A DNA stretch of 64,000 nucleotides from Eledone cirrhosa (Eukaryota): contig OZ024742.1 of the NCBI GenBank assembly GCA_964016885.1, forward strand, positions 137,950,001 through 138,014,000, written 5' to 3'. Positions within the stretch are counted from its first letter, which is position 1; the number at the start of each line of letters is the position of its first letter. Positions 29,457 through 45,115 of this stretch are shown piece after piece. A model generated the notes under the pieces. It ran no database searches, was not told the DNA's origin, and saw nothing but the letters and a program-made list of their open reading frames with translations. The position numbers were made by a program, and so were the translations under genes.

Positions 29457-29946
29457 AAAGAAATGGTTAGATAGATACATATATACTTCACATGTCTATC
29501 TATGTGTGTTCTTCCATTATAATGGACTGCAATATGCATTTAGATGTAATTAACATAGATTAACGTAGCCAGAGGGGGAAGCTATTATGAGATAGTAAGT
29601 GAAAGTAGAATTAGTTCCGGTTACCAGCTGAATACTTAATTCTGTTTGGAGATAGTGTCGTAAAACAAGTCTTGAGAATCAATAATTTTTAACATCTATA
29701 TTGCAAGCTCAGAACATTCCACATCCATTATACAATTTCTAAACTAGTGATATACATTCTATACAATATTTATAAAAGGAAACCATAATTTAACACTGCT
29801 TTCCAACGAAAGTGCCAAAAACTGAATTTTTATTAGCTCCCCATTTCGTCGTTCTACACTCAATGTTACACGTATATATATTGTAATGGATTATGAATAC
29901 ACACACACATATATATATATATACACTTACACACATACAGACACAC

Positions 29947-30016
<70 letters not shown>

Positions 30017-30139
30017 GTATATATATATACGTATATATATATACGTATATATATACGTATATATATATATATATATATACGTACACACAGAAACAAGCAC
30101 ACATTCACACACATGCGCAAACAAATATATATCATTTTG

Positions 30140-33100
30140 TTGGAAGTAACCTAACTCTTTCAAGGCTGCATGCCCAGTTGCAGGTAGGTGTCCATGCAGT
30201 CGAGTTTCTGTCCTACAAGCACTTTCATAGACATGACACTTGAACTGTCTGAATCGTTGCACCCCCATCTAATTTGTGTCTTCATGCATTTTATCATTAC
30301 ACGATAGGCCACTTTGCAATTTAAGCCTTACCTAGTACAGCTGTATCACAGACGTAGCGAGAGAACTATCTCGCAAGCTGCTGGATATCTCCATTACTCA
30401 CGTGACTTTAATTGGAGATCGTCCATACACTTGGCACTTCAATTCCTGTTGGATTATTTATGGAGTGAACGCTACAAAGCAGCATGCTCCACATGTTGTG
30501 CTTCAAAGTCACCAACTTTATTATTGTCATGAGTCATGGGTCTCAGCCAATGCCTCTCAGCTATTCCCATCAATCACCAAAGCTTTAAAATCATCCTTTG
30601 GTTTTTATACTGTGGCATTTTCCCCACTGATAAGTTCCCATAAAATATCAGTTAACAAAGCAGTAAGAACACCGGACACATACAGTGCGAACTTTAATTT
30701 GACCAGACTCACTTCTTGTTCTTCCCAAAAGTAACTATATCGCAATCCTGGTATCTATTTCAGTATCAATTGTACCATCTTTACAAGCGTACTTCCGAGA
30801 TACACAAAGCGGTCAACCACGTCACGCATTTTTCTTCCAACAAAAATGTCAGCTTCTACCTATACTTCTGCAATTGGTGAAGAGAAGAATGGTTTCTTTC
30901 CCCTACAATGTAGATAGAAAACAGAGTAGGTGCTGGTTTTTCACATTGTTTGACACTTTTAACAAGTAAAATTGGTTCTGAATATGTCCTATCAAAGTAT
31001 AATTTTGCCTTGACGTTGCCATGAATATTTTTTAATATCCCGACTAATTCAGCAGGACATCCAATCTTCCCTAGTGTGAACGACAATGCTTTAGTAAGGT
31101 CCACAAATCCTTGATGTAATATCACTTGTTGCTCAACACACTTCTCTATGAGCTGGTGGTCTGAGAAAATCATGTCCATAATAACCTGCTCAGCTCTGAA
31201 ACCACACAAGGTCTTAATCATGACATCAGGGCAGATCCATTCTGTTAGTTGAATCAAACGTTGGATAGAAATTTCTCTAGTGATTTGAGCAGGGTTAGAC
31301 CAAGTTATTCACAATATACAGCATTAGAAACCTTGCATTTGTAAATGGAAAGCATAATTGCACCTACAAATCTTTCCTGACTCGCCATGTCGTACAAACT
31401 AGCTCATGAATGGCCATAACAATAATGCTTTCTCCTATGGAAATCAGTGCAACATGTATTCCATCCAAACATGAAATTTTCCCTACGTTCATTTCATTTA
31501 GGGTAGATCCCTATCTGATCCCGGGTTGGATCATTCATCATCTCTGACATAATCTCCCTTTGCGGCAGTCTGTTAATATTTTCAACTAAAGTTGCGTTAT
31601 TAAACAGATCTTCAAAATTTCAGTCCACAATTTCAAGATTTTTGCTTGATCTTTAATCGAGACGTGCTTATTTTCTTAATTCAATGGTGCCGTTTTTTAG
31701 GGCAGGGGACAAGTAACTAGCTTTGGTATGCTGTATAATGTATTTTGGTCTCTCCAGTTATAAAATATCTACATTTACCCTGGAATTACAAACCACGAGT
31801 TAATCTTCATCTTTCGAGTTTTACGTTGCAGTTTTGATTTTCCCTTTTTGAAAGACATTTCAAAAGTTATCACTCTTCAAGGTACTTCTTTTACAGTTTG
31901 TTTTTCTCGCCATTGAGCCGGGTTATAGCAGCATCATTATCCTCAAACCAATCTCGGGATTGTGCTTCCTGAAGGCAATATCAGCATTGTAAATCTGCCT
32001 TGAACCGATCCTAAATTTTATAAAAACTATGATGTCAAGTGCATTATGAAGCGTATCTAACATTTCTAAACTGTGCAGTTTGGATACATCTATGTGATTT
32101 AGCACTTGATCCCACGCTGCCCTCACTTTTCATCTATCTCGAATTTCCATCATGCCAAGCAGACGGTTGTGGACTGTGTCACATTGTTCACCACGGATTA
32201 TTCTTACAAAACATATATCTTATACAGTCCCTCTTTCCCGTGATGATATAATCCAAGATGTGTCCTAGCCTAGAAGTTGCGTATATACATATTGTTTTGT
32301 GAATATCTTTTTTTATGGAAAAATGTATTGTACACGACTAATTCAAACTCAATCCAGGGTTGCAAAAGTAGAAGGCCATTGACATCCATCTTCCAAATGC
32401 CCTCAACGTCTCAAATTACTTCAAGTATTGTGGTCTCTTCCCACATCTGCATTAAAATCTCTAAGCAGCAAAGTTTTATCTGCAAATGTAGTAATTGATG
32501 TTCTACACTCCAGGCGTCTATTGGTAATGGGAGCATACACTAAAATGACAGTTATGAAACTTCTATTTGGTAAAGGAAACCTCAAATGCATAATTCGATC
32601 AACAATGCCTAGCGATTTATCAGGCTGTTTACTAATCTCAATCTGAACAGCAAAATATATCCTCCATTCCATTCATTACCACTTGGTTTCCCTTTCGAGA
32701 AGAATATGTAGACAGTTCCTTTTCTGAAAGTTGATTTTCAGCACTAAGACGAGTTTCAGACAGTGCAGTTATATCAATATTATATTACTCAATTCTCTGA
32801 TTACAGTTCTGCGATCTAGATTTGAGAAGAATTCCCTATCTAAAATTGTTCTAGCATTCCATGTAGTAACATTCAATTTGCTTCTATTCTTTTAATAGTA
32901 TTCTTCTTGTTTGTCCTGCCGATATGGACGGCTATCAGCCGCTGGTCGCTAACCAGCTTGATAGTGAAACAAGCGATATTTAGGTCAACTTTTGTAACTC
33001 TTTCTCAAGATTTGGGTCAGCAGTCTTCTACCTTAGAACTGTTTTCTCAGCTTGAAAAGACTTCATCTAAGCCACAATCGATGTCTTGAAGGGAGAGAAA

Positions 33101-33200
33101 AACATACAATGCGGTCTTGGTTAAGCATTAAGAAGCCTATATGAAGATTACTGACTGTACAGTTTACCTCCAAATCATTATATATGAATACGTCACCGCT
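30140..33200 (-). mobile_element. RTE-BovB-like LINE, decayed, near full-length
   Basis: APE motifs TWNARTI, ALSETRL, RIMHLRFPL..VYAP and DFNADVG; RT motifs CGFRA..DMIFS..QLIEKCVEQ..FVDLTKA and PTLFSIY. Confidence 0.88.
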
Positions 33201-33618
33201 TCCCCAGTACCGCAGGAATTAGGAAAATATCTACACAAGTAGATCAAAGGAGGATGTCCTTGTGCTATACATATGCCAATTTCTAAGTATCAACAGACAA
33301 AATACATTGACAAGCAAGCGCAAGATGAGTGGTAGCTACATGAGCGCAGAAAGTTCTCAGTATCACACACACATCCAGAATAAATACAGTTGTACACACT
33401 CATCAGTTTCTCCACACTTTACCGATTTTTTTCCATCGTGCAGAATATTAAAATACGTCCACCTCACCAAGCAACCTTCGTTGTGTTACCGGTTTAGTCA
33501 CCGACAATGCGACCATGCGCATAGGTTAAACTGGTTTGTCTGTTACATGGCGCGCTCGAGAGTAATCTGACATATACACACATACAAACTCAGACACACA
33601 GACACAGACACTACACAT

Positions 33619-33950
<332 letters not shown>

Positions 33951-34427
33951 CAAAGTTGTTATTCAATATCCATCTATAAATTCTCCACTTGTTTCTATGG
34001 AGATACATGTAGTGCTGTGCCAGTACATAAAATAAATCAATTAATCAGTTAAACAATTAGTAATAAATAATTTAAATGGCACTCAAGCAGAAATCCCCAT
34101 TTCATCGGGAAAATAGATACACTGAGTTACATAGCATACCCATAAGAATGAAAATGTAAATGTAAAAGTAAGATTTCGAAAACGAAGTTATCACATATGG
34201 AATATTGAGCAAGTGATTTGCATAATCAAAAAACAGTTTATTGATATAAGTATTAAAGGTGAAATTGCACTGTACAGAAGTATATTGTTATAAAGTGGGT
34301 TACACGGATTTGAAATAAAAGATAATATTCAAATCACGTGTAAACATAAATATACAAAGGTATTGCTGAAATTCATAGAAAATATTAAATATTTTACTCA
34401 TATATATATAGATACAAGTATGTATAC

Positions 34428-34484
<57 letters not shown>

Positions 34485-34488
<4 letters not shown>

Positions 34489-34965
34489 CGTACAGTAGTA
34501 TGTATATATATACATACATGCAGACATATATACATAAGTACGTATGGGTTTACCGAACATTTATCATAATGTTCGGTTTGTTTGTAAACAAACAGCGCGA
34601 ATTTAACCGTACAGTGTTCGGCAACCATCGTTGCCCTTTTGTTCAAGACTGACAAAGGAACGATGAACTAGATTCAAGCTTATTAGCTATCGCCAATATC
34701 GTATACCTTCCTGTCAGATGACTGAACGTTTGAAAGTATATACTTTCCTTATGCATATTAACGGCTGAGCAGCCTAATTTACATATCGAGTGAGTTAATC
34801 GGCCGGGCGTACCGAAAACGCTAAATGGAAAAGAATGAAACGAAATTTCATTTCTCACTCTTAGTACGGCTGATACTTAAATATATGTATGTATACGTAC
34901 AGATATATATGTATACAGACGTACTAAGAGTGAGAAATGAAATTTCGTTTCATTCTTTTCCATTT
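34485..34965 (+). mobile_element. Family L element: terminally redundant unit of about 430 bp plus a short inverted arm
   Basis: TATACAGACGTAC at ~34482 and ~34912; 34920-34965 is the reverse complement of 34823-34867. Confidence 0.7.
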
Positions 34966-35044
34966 ATATATAGATAGATATATGAATACATATATACATA
35001 CATACGTATATGTATGTGTGTATCTGTGTGTATGTATGTATATT

Positions 35045-35165
35045 GTGGTTGAAACGTAGGTTAAATATTTTTGTGGTATTTGATCCGGTACTCTGTTCTC
35101 TGAGTTCAAATCCCGCCGAAGTCAGCTTTACTTATCATCCTTTCAGGTACCTAACTATGTACCAG
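35045..35165 (+). mobile_element. SINE fragment
   Basis: TGAGTTCAAATCCCGCCGAAGTCAGCTTTACTTATCATCC. Confidence 0.7.
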
Positions 35166-35380
35166 TCCCTTCCCAGTGTCGACTCCTCCTCTATATCTCT
35201 TTTCCACTTTCGCTCTTGTCTCTCTGTCCTCTCTCTCTCTCCCCCTCTCTCTCAATCTCTCCACCCCTCTCTCTCTCTCCCTCTCTATCGCTATCTATCG
35301 GCTGTGTTTACATTTGGAGAGGAGATAACCTCCACCAGGTTTTAAAATTGTCGAGAAAATACACATTGAAGCATACACTC

Positions 35381-35439
<59 letters not shown>

Positions 35440-38252
35440 AAATATCTACAACACTGATTATTGATAGAACTGTAGTTAAATAGATACATGCAATGGTAAA
35501 TTCTCAAGCAGTATTCAGATACATATTAAAAGAAACAATATGTGATATAGATACAAACCATTTATCTAGACATGCAAATAAATAGTTATAATGCAGTATG
35601 TACCCGGCTTTTAAAACTAACCTTCATTGACATCAACTAAAATTATTTCTTCGTCTGCAGCATTGAAAGAATATCTATATCATAATTATATAATCATCTT
35701 AATTATTTAATTAATTAATTAATTAATTAGTTAATTAATTAATTAATTATCTCTTATAATTGGATTTGATGATAATTGAATCGATGCAATTTACTGGAAT
35801 TCCAGATTGGTCATTTTGATAGAGATATGCGTTAAGATAAAAAAATTATTTTTCTGATGTGTGAAAGTTATATGTAATGTAAAATGTTAATGGTTTCTGT
35901 ATTCATGTTTATACGTTCACTATGTTCTGCGTTGTGTTATGATTTGATAGTGATATGTTTATATGACATAAACTTCCTTATATAAAATATGTCAGCTTTT
36001 GTTCTCATAAACTTACTGCACAAATATTGCTTCTCGGATATATGACCGTAATATAACATTATGTCAATGTATGGAATTATTGTAGAATCACCAGCGGAAA
36101 TATTTGGGCTGGAGATTTATCTCCTTAAAATTTAGTGCTGTGTCTGTTGTTGGTTTTGATGTCGTTGGATTATATATCTTATAATATCAGCAACAACCCA
36201 ATAGTTAAGAACACTATGCATCAGACTCAGTTGTTCTTCTGTATAAGATATTTAACCTACATCCAATGGTTTCATGTAGAGCTGCAATTCGTTGCCAGAA
36301 TATAAGAAAAAAAGCGTAGATGACTGGCTTAGTATTGTACCAGACGCAAACCGATGTTTCAAATGTTGGCTTTTCATCCCTTGTCTACAATATGCCTGGG
36401 CCTGTGTAACTTAAACCGTATTCTTCCAAGCATCAATTCATTTGAATAGTGCCATCAAATCCTTGTCATATTTTAAAACTTACGCTGCATATCGATGAAT
36501 TGTTGAATCGTCATATTGATTGCCGTGCGATTTTACTTTAGGCTTTTTCTGGATTATGAGTTCAAATTATGCTTGATAAAGAATGAAACCAGTAAAGAGG
36601 CAAATTCTTTACCCACTGAGTCTTTTCCATTCGTGTTTGTTTTTTTATTTCTCTCTTTCTTATTCTTTTGTATTCTATCCCAATATTTCTTTTGGCGTAA
36701 TCTGTTACGGTCATGCAGGGAGCAGGAGGTACAGACACGTCCTAAGAAATGTCACATGTCATGATGGCGACCAAGACACACTAGTATGGTACAAAAACAT
36801 ACAAACTGAAATTTAGTATCTTCGCATTCTATCTGTAGTCTACATTGTGCTGGGTTCCAAGTTACTTAACATTTTATACGCACAAGCCTCAGTGTATGCA
36901 TATAGTGCTATCCAAATGATTCTCAGATTTTGAAATCTACGTTGCAAGTTGAACAGTAAGCATTGAGCAGATGTGAGATGAATCTCAAATTAGACATATC
37001 GCATGCCTATTCAAAGTGCACATTTGAAAGTAAAGAATTAACATCAACACAGTTATACAAGGAATGTCTCACTTTCCTCAATAATGATATAGTAATTATA
37101 CAACAGTGAACTACGAAATGTATAGTACCTTTTGATAACTAGGTGGTCTAGTCCATTACGGGGAGACTAGTTACACTATGACACTCATGTAAATACTACT
37201 CCCTGTTTTCTGATATTAGACCTAGTTCGGGACATATGATCGTTCGGTGCTCCACCACATCTTCCTTTCCCGAGATGTCACCCCCCTAAAAAAAAAGAAA
37301 ACAAACAGAAATAAACCAACTATACCAATGCTAACTTCCATTTAATATCCGTAGACTTTGTCCCAATCTACATCTTACATAACAGATGTGGCATCGCAAA
37401 GTCTGTGAAAGCCATTGGCACTACACATTCCTCGAAATCTACCAATTAAAAATAAATAAGCCCTAAAAACCCACATTCGTGTAAATGCAATTAGTCTCAA
37501 ACTTAGATTTTGAAATGAAACCTATCGTGGACAAAATAGATATCTAAAATTGTGTAATTTATACACAAACAAATTAATAGAAGTAAGTTTATTGTCTTTT
37601 TGTCTGATCAACACGTTATTATGCACAAGATCAAATATCATTGATTTTAGAACAAAATTCAATAAAGTTTTGTAAAAATAGCTAACATGAGTGATCTTCA
37701 GTAGAATTACAAAATTTCAATTAAACATAAACCGCAAACGTTTTCAAACGTCTTCATGGGTAAGAAATCCTGAATGATCTAAGAAGAACGTGTCCACTCC
37801 TGCTCAGTATTCTTGTCAGATTGAAAAAAAAATTAAATTATTAAATTGTTTAAAGATTGGAAAATAACGTTAAATCAAAATAATAGGCGTAAACGGTTAA
37901 TGGCTTTTAAAACCTAAATAAAATTTACAAAATCTGTTTTGTACTTCTAAAGAAATAAAATAGAGTATGTGCTGTTTTGTTTGTTCATAATGGTGTGTGG
38001 AGATAAAAAAAAATCAGAAAAACGATTTATCGAGCGTAAGAAGTGGAAATAACATGGAACATTGATTACACATGATATAAAATGCCTAACCAAATATAGA
38101 CGAGGGATTCGTTAAAACAAATTTTTTTCCCGAAAATACATTTACGTGTGAGTACATAATACACAGATACACACACATGCACACACACGTGCGTACACAC
38201 ACATGCGCGTGCGTACACACACACACAAACACGCATCCACATATACACATAC

Positions 38253-38283
<31 letters not shown>

Positions 38284-38304
38284 CATATATATATGCAGAT
38301 ACCA

Positions 38305-38420
38305 GAGTTGGTGGTTACAGAATTGGATTCATAATCGTCAAGTCACTAGCTCGATTCCTGGACCGGGCAATACATCACGTCCTCGAGGAAACATTTTTTT
38401 CACGTTTCTCTTTCTGCCAG
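38305..38420 (+). mobile_element. tRNA-derived SINE head of a second family, decayed
   Basis: A-box-like TGGTGGTTACAG, B-box-like GCTCGATTCCT, then GTCCTCGAGGAAACATTTT. Confidence 0.5.
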
Positions 38421-38423
38421 GAA

Positions 38424-38482
<59 letters not shown>

Positions 38483-38647
38483 CACACATATATACATATA
38501 TACATACATATATATATACATACATACATACATACATACATACATAAATACATACATATATATATACACACACATATATATATAATTATATATACATATA
38601 TATATATGTATATACATGCATACATATATATATATATATTTATATAG

Positions 38648-40830
38648 AAATTACATGAATCAAAGTTGGATTTCTTCGGAGCAACTATTTAGTGATATTT
38701 CACATACTTGACCTCCTTATCGACACAAGATACATACAAAAACATACGCATATATTGACCCACAGAGGGTTGACATCCATCATAATGATATAGCATGGCA
38801 ATTTACATATAAAGGTTACATTCATATTAAAGGACAAAATTAAAGTTAAAATAAAAATAAAAATAAAACATTGGCAGTTTATGAAGATAAAGCAAGAGGA
38901 AAATTTAGAGTAGTCAGTGTATGAAACAGTCTCACGTGTGGCATGCACGCGTGTCTTATTTATACAGGATTATAGTGCAGCAGATTGTTACATGTAAAAA
39001 CAAGCAGTTAAAGCAGGCAATCAATAGTATCATGGGTGCTGTATTGTTAAAGCATTTTTCACACACGCCTGTACGATATATAAGCCCGTTTGTAGAGAAA
39101 CACCAAAAATATTTAAAATATTACAAATGAGAAGCAAAACAGCACCACTGTCCTCGCACACACCACCACTCACATAATCCAGGAAACGCAATTTATAGAC
39201 TATAAACCCAAAATATAACAATGTCAGACTTTAAACTCAAAATATAACAATGTCAGACTTGAACCCGACACCAACTCTAGCAACTAGCATCAGGGGCACA
39301 CCTTACACTTCATCTCCAGACCCATTAGTCCTCTTTAACCCTAATAGTACCTTTACCCTAGAGATTTCCCCATGTACTTCTACTTTTGGTATATTGAATT
39401 ACTTGGACTACATTGCACTAATATATAATTAATGTAAACTGTAGGCACTGAATTGGTTGTGCTAACATTGTCCTGTACATGGAGTGCCACCATAGGATAG
39501 ATAGATGATTAACTATTGAATTTATTAAAAGGGCTATATATTCTATATGCTGAGTACAATAAATTATATACAGGTGATATATGAGTTATGAGTATATGTA
39601 TGGCTTGATGGCCAGATTAGTGTCTTTATATGAGAGAATTGATCTCTGGACCACCCTGGTGATATTTAACTTTGCCATGCATTCAGACCTACAATGACCC
39701 AGAGCTTACCGGGAGTCATATATAGTAATAAGACCCTGCCAGGCTCTGCGGGGAACTACACTTACAAAGATCATTGATTTGGAGGTCTGACTCTTCTTGT
39801 AGATTGTTCGGTTGTGGCACTCCGTGATAGAAGGTAATCATACGGATATGAACACCTTTAGTACTTCTTAATAGACTACACTGTAATGTATAGATAAGAT
39901 ACTTAAATTTAGAAATTGTTTATAACGTTATATGATAGGGACTCGTTTGAAACACCATTAATGTACTTTAGGATAATTAATTTAACTATGATAATCAGCT
40001 AGTTACCTCCCCTTGCGCATTAACTCCCCTTACGCATTAACTCCCCTTAGTCACACACACACTTCCGGAATATAATTCAATGTCATCTCTCACAACAAAA
40101 ACAACCTGATCTGTGAATCAAATTAAGAAACGACAAGATATGATTTATATCATGATTCTCCAGACACCCAATGTCGAATCATCGTGGATTGAGTGATGGA
40201 CATGTAGTCTATAAATTGCGTTTCCTGGATTATGTGAGTGGTGGTGGGTACGAGGACAGTGGTGCTGTTTTGCTTCTCATTTGTAATATTTTAAATATTT
40301 TTGGTGTTTCTCTACAAACGGGCTTATATATCGTACAGGCGTGTATGAAAAATGCTTTAACAATACAGCACCCATTATGCTATTGATTGTCTGCTTTAAC
40401 TGCTTGTTTTTACATGTAACAATCTGCCGCACTATAATCCTGTATAAATAAGACACACGTGCATGCCACACGTGAGACTGTTTCATACACTGACTACTCT
40501 AAATTTTCCTCTTGCTTTATCTTCATAAACTGCCAATGTTTTATTTTAATTTTAATTTTAACTTTAATTTTTTCCTTTAATATGAATGTAACCTTTATAT
40601 GTAAATTGCCATGCTATATCATTATGATGAATGTCAACCCTCTGTGGGTCAATATATGCGTATGTTTTTGTATGTATCTTGTGTTGATAAGGAGGTCAAG
40701 TATATGAAAAATCACTAAATAGTTGCTCCGAAGAAATCCAAACCTCGGTTTGGAGGAAACAATTGTAAGCAAATAAATGATTTAAACTGAACTTTGATTC
40801 ATGTAATTTCTATACAACTGCTCTGTAAAA
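38648..40830 (+). mobile_element. 5'-truncated PLE copy (3' region only) preceded by an inverted copy of its 3' end
   Basis: 39249-40815 is homologous to 8992-10617; 38648-39203 is the reverse complement of 40206-40812 with an internal deletion; a duplication of about 29 bp lies at the junction (39209-39260). Confidence 0.9.
40723..40772 (+). ncRNA. Minimal type I hammerhead ribozyme, CCGAAGA variant
   Basis: TTGCT-CCGAAGA-aaTCCAAACC tc GGTTTGGAg-GAAAC-AATT-GTA-AGCAA. Confidence 0.72.
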
Positions 40831-40979
40831 CAACTAATGTTATTACATTGAGCTATTTATCTTACTGGTAATAAGATAGTAATGAATTACTGTCTTTCAC
40901 TATTTAGAGTTTAAATATATATAACCATAAAAGGTTTTATTATATACATAACCATAATTAGTATCCTTAGTACTATATA

Positions 40980-41021
<42 letters not shown>

Positions 41022-41022
41022 C

Positions 41023-41070
<48 letters not shown>

Positions 41071-41074
<4 letters not shown>

Positions 41075-41322
41075 TAAAAAAAAAGAAAAATCAGTGATGC
41101 ATCTGGACTCAGTTTATTGCGTGTTACAATTGTTTCGCCAGCAGGTAACTCGAACTCGAGCTACCTGCCGGCGAAACAATTGTAACACGCAATAAACTGA
41201 GTCCAGATGCATCACTGACTGTTCGTTTTTTTTTATACTATTCCCACTATGCTCTGTAAGAATATTGAGTGCTAATTTTGGCATACCGCCCATGGAAGCA
41301 CCATAGCTACCACTATACACAC
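41071..41322 (+). mobile_element. Fold-back element K: near-perfect hairpin carrying an HHR 3' half
   Basis: 41091-41156 pairs with 41162-41218 almost perfectly; contains GAAAC-AATT-GTA; unique tail to ~41320; (TA)n flanks. Confidence 0.8.
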
Positions 41323-41842
41323 GTATATATATATATACGCACACACATATATATATATTCACATTCATTTATGTATGTATATATTTGGTGTGAGGAGGCG
41401 AAGGGTTAATTGTCTCTGTGACTATGTGTACGAGATGATATAGTATGAACGCCAGGTTACATTTTACAACAATCTATATATTGATGGATTACGTATTAAT
41501 ATATCAACAAAACTGTTATTGCTCTATATCATTGATGTACATTATTTCAGGTGATAAAATAGATAAATCTATATTCAGTTTACAAGAACAATAACCTAGA
41601 TATAATGGATGCTCTAGCATGTTTTATGCTCTCCGTAGAACGCACATCACCTTTCCAGATATTTTATTTGCAAGACACCAATCACCTTAATTTTACAACT
41701 AAAATCAATTGTATCGTAAATCTCACACTAATAGATCCTTATCTTAAATCAAAGGCTATCTAAATGTGCGAAGTGAAATAAAGACAAAATGATGATAAAA
41801 ACAAATAGAAGCAACAACAAAAACAGCAGCGATAATAATAAT

Positions 41843-42290
41843 GATTTCTAACATAAGCAAAAGGACAGAACTTTAGTGAAAGGCTTGGCTGATTATATTG
41901 ATCCCAGTACTTGATTGTTACTTTAATTTATCGGCATCAGAAGAATGAGAGGCAAATTTCAGCTCAGTTAGATTTGAACTGAAAAAGTAAACTGCCGGAA
42001 CAAATACTGCTAAGAATTTGTCGGACGTTCTAAAGATCCTGCCATTGCAATCCTGATGACAATAATAATAAATGTAATTGTTTCTACTTTAGGCACAAAG
42101 CCAGCAATTTTTTCAGGGAGAGAAAAGCTGATTAAATCGAGCTCCGTGCATTAATAGTGCTTTATTTTATCGACCCTTTAAGGATGAAAGGTAAAGCTAA
42201 CCTCGGCGGGATTTGCACTCAGAATGCAAAGGGCCATAACTCTGTGCTGAAAAGCATGGAGTCTGACGCTTTACCAATACTGTCAAACCA
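41843..42290 (-). mobile_element. Two SINE copies (41843-42045 older; 42076-42290)
   Basis: Reverse complements of the SINE body (AGGATGAAAGG..AACCTCGGCGGGATTTG). Confidence 0.75.
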
Positions 42291-44105
42291 CTACCCTCAA
42301 ATAATCTTTTGGCTTTCAAATAGTCATAGTTTTGTTCACCTGAGAATATTACACTCTTGCGAGCTGTAGTAGAGATTTTGGTCTGTGCAATAAATGCCAA
42401 GTCTCTGCCCTCGTCATCTATCATTAATTTTCAGTAGCTTCCAATATATGGAATGTGATGGATTCATTATCAACTGCCTCTTTCAAATGCGCGAGTGACT
42501 GTTCTGACTATAAATACGGCATTAACATAGCGAGATCTTAAATATATTTTCTCCCCTATGTCGTAACATTATCCATGTCTACTATACCAGATATTATCGT
42601 GGCTCGTGCAGATGTAAATATTCTTTGTCCTATATTCTATCAAGTGATGAACTGTTCTGATCTGATTTGCCCGCAATAATATAACATTTCCACATTTCAA
42701 TTACATTCAGGGAAATCAACATCTACTCCTTATTCGCCCTTATCCTTCCACACTAAAACATCATCCGCATGTAATCTAGACCCCAATGCAAAATCTGCAC
42801 TGACTTCATGGATAAAGGCCTAAAAAGGTGTTCAAATAGATTCATGCTAACGCTCCAATTGTTAAAAGAGAAAAAGAGATTTGCTAGAGAACTCAGGGAA
42901 AGAATATATAATAGGTAGCATGGAATGGGATTAAAAAGGTGCACAAAAAACATGAAAATAGAAAGAGTGAAATAACAGGATAAATTTATAATTATACATG
43001 TATAATTAGAAGTATATATATTGTATATCTCTATGCCTGGATGTCATATGTATGTGTATGTATGCATACACGTATCCATGTGTGTATGTAATTTATGTTT
43101 GCAATGAAAGAAGTCAACGAATTCTATTTAAAGGACAAACTGCGCATCTTATATAATATATTTTATGTCGCCTTCCTTGTTAGTTAACAGAAACACTAAT
43201 TTATATTCTGGGCTATGGTATGCCCAATATATATATATCATGTATATTAATACCTAATCATGCATAGTTACACATGATTAGGTATTGATATACATAATAT
43301 AAGACCATTAAAAGTTCATAAATCATTTCAAGTTAGCAGGTTCGTATCTTATTTGAATCTTACAATGTATTATATGATATATATGTGTTTGACATACAAA
43401 CAAATTATGAAAATTTCAAAAGAACAAAATTGAATATGAATATATTTCGCTAGATTATATGGATTATGTGGGTGGGATATTTCATCCAAATATACGTGCA
43501 ACTAATAAACATTAGTTGCACAGATAGAATTACAACAAACAGCAGCATACAATAGCCCAAGATAAAATTTGGTGTTTCTGTTAACCAACAAGGAAGGCGA
43601 CGTAAAGATATTAAATAAGAAGCGCAGTTTTTCCTAAACTGAAAATAAATTACCAAGGTAACGAAAGAGAAGAAAATATGCTGAAAAAAAGAAAACATTA
43701 GCGACGAAGGAACATAGAAAAAATAGATTATAATAAATAATTTCTTTCGGACATCAGTCATTGACCTGAAACGAAAAACGGCAATAGAGACAAAACGATA
43801 TGTATTGATCTGCTAGGAGGTGAGTTGAAGAATGTGTCACATTGTGAGAAGGGTTAGTGTGGGTGTGAATGATGAAATTACGACAGTAGCTGCACAAAAC
43901 GGATATATATATATGTGTTTGTATACAGTATGTATGCATATGTGCATAATGTGTCTATGAATATATATATATATATATGTGTGTGTGTGGGGGGGGGGGG
44001 GTCTGTGTTTGTGTGTGATTGAAACTAGAAGCGAACAAACAAGATCAGTAACATAAAGTCGAAACGGTTTCACGCTTAAAAGAGACACACCCACACAGGC
44101 AGACA

Positions 44106-44173
<68 letters not shown>

Positions 44174-44215
44174 TATATATATATATATATATATTTGTAT
44201 ATATATATATATATT

Positions 44216-44280
44216 TAATATAGAAGAGTTTCTACTAGACTAGAACTGTTTCATTGGTGAGAAATCATCAGGAACCAGTT
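44216..44280 (-). mobile_element. Family D fragment with HHR core
   Basis: Minus strand CTGATGA-tttctcaccaat-GAAACAGTT-CTAG; the 5' arm of stem I is lost. Confidence 0.6.
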
Positions 44281-44413
44281 TATATATATAATAGCAGCTA
44301 GTCCCTCAGACACCACTGGTTCACTGCCCTAAACACGCTGTGACATATCTCTCCCGCGTGTAGCTGGACGGTCGCTTTAGATTCTCTTAGAGTTGTCTAA
44401 AATGTATAGCCTT

Positions 44414-44496
44414 GCACGCGTTGATGACCCATGGGCTATTCCCTTTCAGTCAACAACTTCCTGGCGAAACAGATCTCATTGGATTTGTACGCGTGT
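44414..44496 (+). ncRNA. Family E hammerhead with a C3U core change, in element 44290-44652
   Basis: GCACGCG-TTGATGA-cCCA..TGGc-GAAACAGATC..GATTTGTA-CGCGTGT; compensatory change in stem I relative to the 24129 copy. Confidence 0.75.
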
Positions 44497-44823
44497 GTTA
44501 TATAGTTATAGAGGTGCGTATATACATTTTAATTTATATTTTTAATTATTGCGTGTCTTTCATAGGTTATAGATTCCATACACTGGTGGTTTTTCCCTGT
44601 TTTATTGATGGCACACTATCTCTCTCTAGTGTGTTACCTTTTCAACATATTGTATATATATATATATACAAGTAGAATATATGTGTATATATATATATAT
44701 AAATTTTGAGTATATGTGGTTGTATATAAGTATATAAGTGCGCAGGTTGGTTTGGTTACTCCGGAGTAACGTAAAATAAAATAAAATAAATAAGTCAAAT
44801 GTTTAAATTTGGCTTCGTTTATT

Positions 44824-44878
44824 ACTGCTATATATATTTCGGTGACAGCCATCTTTGGCTATGACATCTTCAGGCAGT
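44824..44878 (-). ncRNA. Family I hammerhead ribozyme
   Basis: Minus strand ACTGC-CTGAAGA-tgtcATAGCCA aaga TGGCTGTcacc-GAAATATATATA-GCAGT. Confidence 0.85.
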
Positions 44879-44926
44879 CCGAATTAGTGTGGTAGAGACG
44901 AGTACACATGTTGTTGAGGTGTATAG

Positions 44927-45023
44927 CTTTGTCAATACTCTGATATGCCCAGTTACTGGTTGGGTTGTTATTTCACCGAGGAATAACAAACCAACCAGGA
45001 ACTGGGAATATCAGAGTATTGAC

Positions 45024-45091
<68 letters not shown>

Positions 45092-45115
45092 CTTTGTCAA
45101 TACTCTGATATTCCC
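44927..45115. repeat. Hairpin of about 100 bp plus a third partial arm across (TA)n
   Basis: TTTGTCAATACTCTGATAT..ATATCAGAGTATTGACAAA; the arm is repeated at 45091-45115. Confidence 0.75.

Noticed and set aside
34705-34750. CAGATGA..GAAAGTATATACTT in family L
   Set aside because: Non-canonical core and no stem I.
35900-36800. Non-repetitive stretch that might be an exon or a decayed transposase
   Set aside because: No sustained ORF or motif that I could recognise.
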